10,293 nucleotides of DNA, taken from NCBI GenBank assembly GCA_038858525.1, contig JAWCFL010000055.1:1-10293 (forward strand), read 5' to 3'. Below are positions 5,756-10,293 of this stretch, piece after piece; the first letter of the stretch is position 1, and each line of letters opens with the position of its first letter. The position numbers and the translations under genes were made by a program. The DNA comes from Candidatus Jordarchaeales archaeon. Its GTDB lineage: Archaea > Asgardarchaeota > Jordiarchaeia > Jordiarchaeales > Freyrarchaeaceae. The notes beneath the pieces are model-generated. The model was not told the DNA's origin. It did no database searches and worked only from the letters and a program-made list of their open reading frames with translations.

Positions 5756-7603
5756 TCATTGAAGTAATAGCGGGTTGAGGTGTGGGCCGTACTCCTGCAT
5801 GCAGCGTTTCAGCCTCGATAATTGTTCTTCAAGTGCGGCGAAGACTTCTGCTGGCGTTTCGGGAATTTCGCTGTAGATCTTAAGCATTCTTTGGGCTTTC
5901 TCAGCGTACTTATCAAGCTTCACCGTGAACTGCCTCTTGTACGCCTCAACGTCGTAGCTCTTGGATAGTATGTCCTTGAATAGTTGTTTCAGGTCGCTGT
6001 ATTTGGGTATGTATCCTATTGGGGTGGACACGGCTTCCACTTCTCCTTCCACCCTGCACGCCATCCACCTCAGCCATACTTTCTTGTCCTCTTTATCTGT
6101 CAGGTATCTTCCGTTTTCACAGAGGAAGTAGTTTACTCCGTATATTTTGGGCGGATTCCTCAGCTTACACCCGAAGTTTATGTGGCTTCTAACGTAGACG
6201 CCTAAGTTTACCGACATAAAGTCCAAGTTAGCGAACGGGTTAAACTCCAGTTCGCCTGACTTACCTAAGACTGCGGTGGTTCTCTCCGTCTCTAGAGAGG
6301 CGCCTATGGTGACAACGCCATGAAGCCAATCGAACGCCTCAACGAGAGGCACAGTGTTCGCGGAGTCCCGCACTCCGTATATGATGGCGCTGACCACAAC
6401 TCCTTCAGGGTCATCATACATTGGATCCAAATTGGGGAACGAGGACAGTGGGACGGTGAAGCGGGCGTTCGGGTGTGATGCTGGTACACTGTTACCCTTT
6501 TCATCTTTCCTGCCGGGCCACCATTCGCCGAGGTAGTTCCGCCCCCTAGCAGGCAGGGCTTTCCCTGAGCCGTTCCAGTATACTTCTCCGCACTCCCCAA
6601 GGAGAATATTTGAGAATATCACTTCTCCGGGTTTGTTGAGTACTTCCCATATTAGTTTGTCATCCTTCGCGTTTATCCCATCAATTATGCCGAAGATGCC
6701 GATTTCCGGGTTAACCACTCTGGCTTCACCATCAACAGCTCTGATGAAGGCTATATCGTCACCTATGATGTTTCCCACCATACACGTGGAGGTTTTACCT
6801 GAAGCTGACGGGAAAGCGCCAGTGAAATAGAGAATCTTGTCTCCACATTCAATTCCTATCACGAACATGTGCTCCGCCAGCCAACCTTCCCTCAGAGCTC
6901 TAGCCATAGTTAGCCTTAAAGACAACTTCTTAAGGCCAATGCTGTTTCCGCCGTACTGCGTGTTAACACTGTAAACGGTATCAGAAGCGAGGTCAATGCA
7001 TATCCTCCGCTTGTCGATATTCTTGCTTCCGCCGCGCTCGTCAAGCTCACCCTGAGAATGAACAAATTTGAGGAAGTTTGCGTCCTCGCCTAGCCTCACA
7101 AACTCATCGTATGCACTCCGGTAGAGTATATTCTCGCTGTGGAGAACGTAGTATGAGTCCGTGACCTGCACTGCCAAAATCTGAAAACGAGACTTCTTAG
7201 GTCCCAAAGAGTAGAAGCCCACAAGCATCTCCCTGCCCCTCATCGAGCCCCTCAGAAGACTGGTCACCTCGTTTAAGCCTTCATGGCGTGGCTTAGTATT
7301 AATGAAGGGGAGCTTCTCATCCGTCAATATGAATGTGTCTCCACGGGCCCTAGCCTGGTCGAGAGGACTATCAAAATGCACAGTGTGGCCCGGAATGCCC
7401 GTGGGAATCTCCTCGCCGCTCTCGATCGCCTTTCTCCTGATATACTCGTAATCCTCTAGGCTTCCGGTTGAAACAAAGACGCTTGATGGCTCACAAAGGC
7501 GTATTATTTCTCCTAGGAAGGCATGAAGCTTACTGTTATTTATTCGTTTCACTCTATCCAACATAACTCCGCTCATCTTTTCTTCAAGATACTCTAGTAC
7601 CAT
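5756..7603 (-). CDS. pckG: GTP-dependent phosphoenolpyruvate carboxykinase, archaeal (Thermococcales-like) type, ~615 aa
   Basis: NTQYGGNSIGLKK, GWLAEHM, GAFPSASGKTST (P-loop), IIGDDIA (metal binding), SHPNARF, FNPFANLDF, VNYFL. Likely start is ATG 7603 (MVLEYLEEK...RINNSKLHAFL; GGGTGG upstream). The ORF-track start at 7651 lies inside a direct repeat. Confidence 0.95.
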   Translation of the reverse strand: MVLEYLEEKMSGVMLDRVKRINNSKLHAFLGEIIRLCEPSSVFVSTGSLEDYEYIRRKAIESGEEIPTGIPGHTVHFDSPLDQARARGDTFILTDEKLPFINTKPRHEGLNEVTSLLRGSMRGREMLVGFYSLGPKKSRFQILAVQVTDSYYVLHSENILYRSAYDEFVRLGEDANFLKFVHSQGELDERGGSKNIDKRRICIDLASDTVYSVNTQYGGNSIGLKKLSLRLTMARALREGWLAEHMFVIGIECGDKILYFTGAFPSASGKTSTCMVGNIIGDDIAFIRAVDGEARVVNPEIGIFGIIDGINAKDDKLIWEVLNKPGEVIFSNILLGECGEVYWNGSGKALPARGRNYLGEWWPGRKDEKGNSVPASHPNARFTVPLSSFPNLDPMYDDPEGVVVSAIIYGVRDSANTVPLVEAFDWLHGVVTIGASLETERTTAVLGKSGELEFNPFANLDFMSVNLGVYVRSHINFGCKLRNPPKIYGVNYFLCENGRYLTDKEDKKVWLRWMACRVEGEVEAVSTPIGYIPKYSDLKQLFKDILSKSYDVEAYKRQFTVKLDKYAEKAQRMLKIYSEIPETPAEVFAALEEQLSRLKRCMQEYGPHLNPLLLQ

Positions 7604-7629
7604 TTTCAGCACAGCCACCCGTGCATCTT

Positions 7630-7666
7630 TGTCATAGATAAAGATGTTCATGTCATAGATAAAGAT
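7630..7666. repeat. 16-bp perfect direct repeat (TGTCATAGATAAAGAT x2, 21-bp period) in the pckG leader
   Basis: Copies at 7630-7645 and 7651-7666, spacer GTTCA. Confidence 0.9.
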
Positions 7667-7701
7667 ACGTTAAATCTTAAGCCTCATAACTTAAGAGCTC
7701 A

Positions 7702-7716
7702 CCTATAAATTTTATC
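7702..7716 (-). promoter_or_regulatory. BRE plus TATA of pckG
   Basis: Minus strand GATAAAA-TTTATAGG; predicted TSS near 7680, giving a ~75-80 nt leader. Confidence 0.5.
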
Positions 7717-8040
7717 CTTCCAGCAATACCAAAACTTTAACGATTTGAAGCATGAGTGGTAGCATTACACGCAAATGCAAGCCACGTAAACGCAAACATA
7801 GAACACTCGCACTCAGCTACCCGACTAACATTTGAGAACCAGCGGTGTAAAGTAGCCGCTTGTAAGCATAAGGCAAGTTAAGCCATAAAAACTCCAACGT
7901 GGACAAGCACCTGGAAGTGAAGAAAAAGACGGCGGTAAAATCAGAGGACCATTCTCGATGAAAAAACTTCGGTGGAGTTTTCCTAGAAAAATTAAGTGAG
8001 AACTAAGAAAATTACCTAAATTTAGGAACTGAAATTAGGT

Positions 8041-9323
8041 TAGAAGCTATGCAAAAACATTCTCGTCGTGGTTCTGCTCGGATGCATCTTGGCCGGCGTT
8101 ACGTTGTGTCAGAGTGTGGCGTGCTTAGAAGGCCCATGCGGATATAAAGAAGCTCTCTGCTGCCACGAAATCTACGAATTGGATGCACTTGAAAGCGCTA
8201 CTAAAGCCGAGAACTTTACATTTACGTGTATTCCTCTAGAATACGATGCTTACTACGAGATAATACCGTTAGGTAACATTAATCCGCCCTGCCACACGTT
8301 TCCAACCGACCACGTATACTTCGTGCTAAATGACGGCGTTCACAGCGTTAGAGCGCCCGGGAACGGCGTCATAACGCGCGTTAGAAACTGCACCTTCAAC
8401 TAAAGCCAAGATTACACAATAAACTTTAGGCATACAAGCACTTTTGAAAGCTACTTCTTCCACCTTTCAGGACTAGCGGACTGGATAGTTGAGCAGACGG
8501 GAGAAATAAAGGTCGGATGGGACGGCGTCAACGTCAGCATACCACTCAGCGCGGGGCAGATCGTCGGCATAGCTACTAAGCAAAACAAACCGGGCGGCTC
8601 ATTCTTCCTAGACTGGGGTGCAATAGACTATACGGCTACACTCAACTTCATACACCCCGAACTATACATGCATCACACAGTGCACGCGGTCTGCCGTTGG
8701 ATTACTTGGAGGAGAGCCTCAGGGAGCAAGCTTACCAGAAGGTTAATAGAGTTGGCGAGCCGAGAAGCGGAAAAATAGACTACGACATTTTAGGCAGACT
8801 CAGCGGAAACTGGTTCTACGAAGAAGCTGATCCAGGAGAACAAAGTAGCCAGCTGGCATTCGTCTACTACGTTTACAATGCCTCACAAATAGTTGTGTCA
8901 ATCGGCGGAGAATATCTGCATCCCCTTAAAGTTGGACTATATTTTGCAACTGGACCAGATTTCGGAGAAGTCTCTGCTGAAAGCGGAGCAGTAACATACC
9001 ACTTGGTCGGCAGTGATAACAATTACACGCTCATAGTTCAAGTAGTAGGCGATGAAAAGATAAAGGTTGAAGCCTTTGAAGGACACCAGAATGGCCTATC
9101 CTTCACAGACAAAGCTAAAGCTAATTTTTACACTAGAACTGGTTCCTATAGGCCGACAAGCGAGAATTCACCAAGCGAGGAGTATTGCTACCTCACATCG
9201 TTCCTACTTGGCTATTACTATTATTCCCAGCAGCAAACTAAAACTTTCTATATTGCTGCGTGCGGCACCGCTGCAATTTTAATCGTAGCTACAATCACCT
9301 CTTTTAAGCTAAGGAGGAAATAG
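8041..9323 (+). pseudogene. Secreted, C-terminally membrane-anchored protein with a degenerate peptidase-M23-like domain (~427 codons); damaged start, one in-frame stop, one frameshift
   Basis: The frame of ORF 8068 extends upstream as TAG-K-L-C-K-N-I-L-V-V-V-L-L-G-C (signal-peptide-like; TAG at 8041 may be a mutated TTG). It stays open past TAA 8401-8403 (SQDYTINFRHTSTFESYFFHLSGL...IPLSAGQIVG...LDWGAID...HAVC). A 1-bp deletion at ~8695 (VC-[P]-LDY) joins it to ORF 8697-9323, which ends in a hydrophobic helix plus KLRRK. The M23 assignment is tentative. Confidence 0.72.
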
Positions 9324-9350
9324 AAAATCAGAAATCAGAAAGAACAGAAA

Positions 9351-9369
9351 TCTCCTTTCTCTTTTTTCT
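9351..9369 (+). terminator. Pyrimidine/oligo-T terminator of the surface-protein gene
   Basis: TCTCCTTTCTCTTTTTTCT about 30 nt after the stop at 9323, preceded by AAATCAG x2 (9325-9338). Confidence 0.45.
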
Positions 9370-9408
9370 AATCATTGTTTCCTCGCTTAAACTCTCTTGA
9401 AAGGCGCC

Positions 9409-9431
9409 AAAAAGAGAAATAAATAAGAGAA
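9409..9431 (-). terminator. Pyrimidine/oligo-T terminator of the 9432-10091 gene
   Basis: Minus strand TTCTCTTATTTATTTCTCTTTTT directly after the TGA. Confidence 0.45.
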
Positions 9432-10091
9432 TCACGCGATTTCGAAGACTATTCCTTCACAGTTTGGTGGATTGTACGTTGTGACTTTGATGTCGAAGTT
9501 TCTGTTTAGCGCTGTTTCAGCTATACCTGCCAGCGTTATTAACCTGGTGCAGACGACTTCGCCAAATATGTTGCTAACGCCCTCCTTGCTCAGTGCGGTG
9601 CAGGCGTTTATGTAGTTGCAGCGGCCGCCGAGCTTGACTTGAACCTTGTCTCCTTGATCAACTATAATCATGTCTTCATCCTTTATTAGCCCTATTTTGA
9701 CGAGGAACGCCTTATACCTAGCTAGGCAGTCGTAAAGGCCATTTGAATCCTTGAACATATCTAGAAGACCAAGCGACCTGACTAGCACGCCGGGGACCTT
9801 CTTCGCTACGCGTCTAGCTACTATGCCTGATGAACCTTCTATCAGGCTCTCACCCTTCGCTATTCCATAAGTTAGGGCTTCCTCGCACGGATACTTTTCA
9901 GCAGCGTCGAGGAGTATTTTTTCGACCTCGTCAAGTGAGGCCTCGTCTCCCACACCGTCGAGCCCATAGTTCCTCTTAGCATATTCCAACGTGTTTTTCA
10001 CCATGAAGCGCAGAGCCACCGGCGAGACAAGGGGGTCGTTCCTCAAAGTGGCGATTATAGCTTTAACGACATGTGGGTTTCCAACAGGCAA
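9432..10091 (-). CDS. Hypothetical protein, 219 aa; C-terminal half resembles a V4R/MetOD1-like 4-Cys ligand- or metal-binding domain
   Basis: TTG start with GAGGGAG SD, open frame and its own terminator. Cys at 158, 164, 181 and 211 in the contexts KLGGRCNYINAC, VVCTRL and NCEGIVF. Gene is well supported; domain call is low confidence. Confidence 0.7.
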   Translation of the reverse strand: MPVGNPHVVKAIIATLRNDPLVSPVALRFMVKNTLEYAKRNYGLDGVGDEASLDEVEKILLDAAEKYPCEEALTYGIAKGESLIEGSSGIVARRVAKKVPGVLVRSLGLLDMFKDSNGLYDCLARYKAFLVKIGLIKDEDMIIVDQGDKVQVKLGGRCNYINACTALSKEGVSNIFGEVVCTRLITLAGIAETALNRNFDIKVTTYNPPNCEGIVFEIA

Positions 10092-10144
10092 ATGGCTCCC
10101 TCTAATGGTTTCTTGTGAAAGAATCTGGAATACAAGTATTTATT

Positions 10145-10286
10145 TTTTTCTATTGATTGAATTATTCGCAATAAAAAAATTGTTTTTTGTTGATTTTTCA
10201 ATAACATTTTGGGGAAAATGTTTTAAAGTAACCATCAAGAAAGGAGACTGTTTTTTACTTCTGAAACTTCCAAATTAGGAAAGTTT
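10145..10286. promoter_or_regulatory. AT-rich upstream region with four inverted repeats
   Basis: TTTTTCTATTG-N13-CAATAAAAAAA (10145-10179, one mismatch); TTGTTGA-N4-TCAATAA (10187-10204, one mismatch); AACATTTT-GGGG-AAAATGTT (10203-10222, perfect); AAACTTCC-N6-GGAAAGTTT (10264-10286, one bulge). Hand count gives ~24% GC for 10121-10293. Confidence 0.5.
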
Positions 10287-10293
10287 AATATTT

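Noticed and set aside
4655-6830. Small ORFs nested in or antisense to the dehydrogenase and pckG
   Set aside because: Fully overlapped by long conserved genes; no independent coding signal.
7604-7651. The 16-residue N-terminal extension MNIFIYDKDARVAVLK of PckG
   Set aside because: The ATG sits at the junction of the direct repeat and lacks an SD; family homology starts near ATG 7603. Kept only as an alternative.
7630-7666. Direct repeat as a mini-CRISPR array
   Set aside because: Only two 16-bp copies with a 5-nt spacer; no cas genes or spacer-length intervals. No CRISPR array seen anywhere in the window.
7841-7981. Short hairpins (7841-7860, 7963-7981) in the pckG/surface-protein spacer as an ncRNA
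   Set aside because: Stems of 5-8 bp with G-U pairs are expected by chance; no tRNA, C/D box or other family motif recognised.
8401-8403. In-frame stop as recoding (selenocysteine or pyrrolysine)
   Set aside because: The codon is TAA, not TGA or TAG, and the same gene has another frameshift and a damaged start.
9067-10278. ORFs 9067-9282 (+) and 9991-10278 (+)
   Set aside because: The first is an alternate frame of the surface-protein gene. The second is antisense to the V4R-like gene and runs through low-complexity AT-rich DNA.

Overview
Archaeal chromosomal segment. SD-like GGAGG/GGTG motifs, TATA/BRE promoters, TTG/GTG starts and an archaeal-type GTP-PEPCK suggest a Thermoproteota-like, possibly Bathyarchaeia-like host (lineage is inference). 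Five genes look intact: enoyl-CoA hydratase (-), a Zn-finger sirtuin (+), a saccharopine/lysine-6-dehydrogenase-family oxidoreductase (+), pckG (-) and an orphan 4-Cys V4R/MetOD1-like protein (-). Five decayed genes are missed or fragmented by the ORF track: an IS607 tnpA with about 4 frameshifts, an alanine dehydrogenase/ornithine cyclodeaminase gene cut by that IS607 at a GG core, a vapB-vapC pair, and a ~427-codon secreted, membrane-anchored protein with a degenerate M23-like domain. The tnpB 5' end (132 codons, no lesions) runs off the window. Non-coding signals include three TAAC repeats at exact 10-bp spacing over the tnpA TATA box, a 16-bp direct repeat in the pckG leader, and a cluster of inverted repeats in the AT-rich right end. 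I cannot support a complete novel multi-gene system from this window. The best leads are the dead-tnpA/intact-tnpB IS607, the pckG leader repeat, the M23-like surface protein and the V4R-like orphan with its operator-rich upstream region. All family assignments come from manual translation and motif recall, not database searches.
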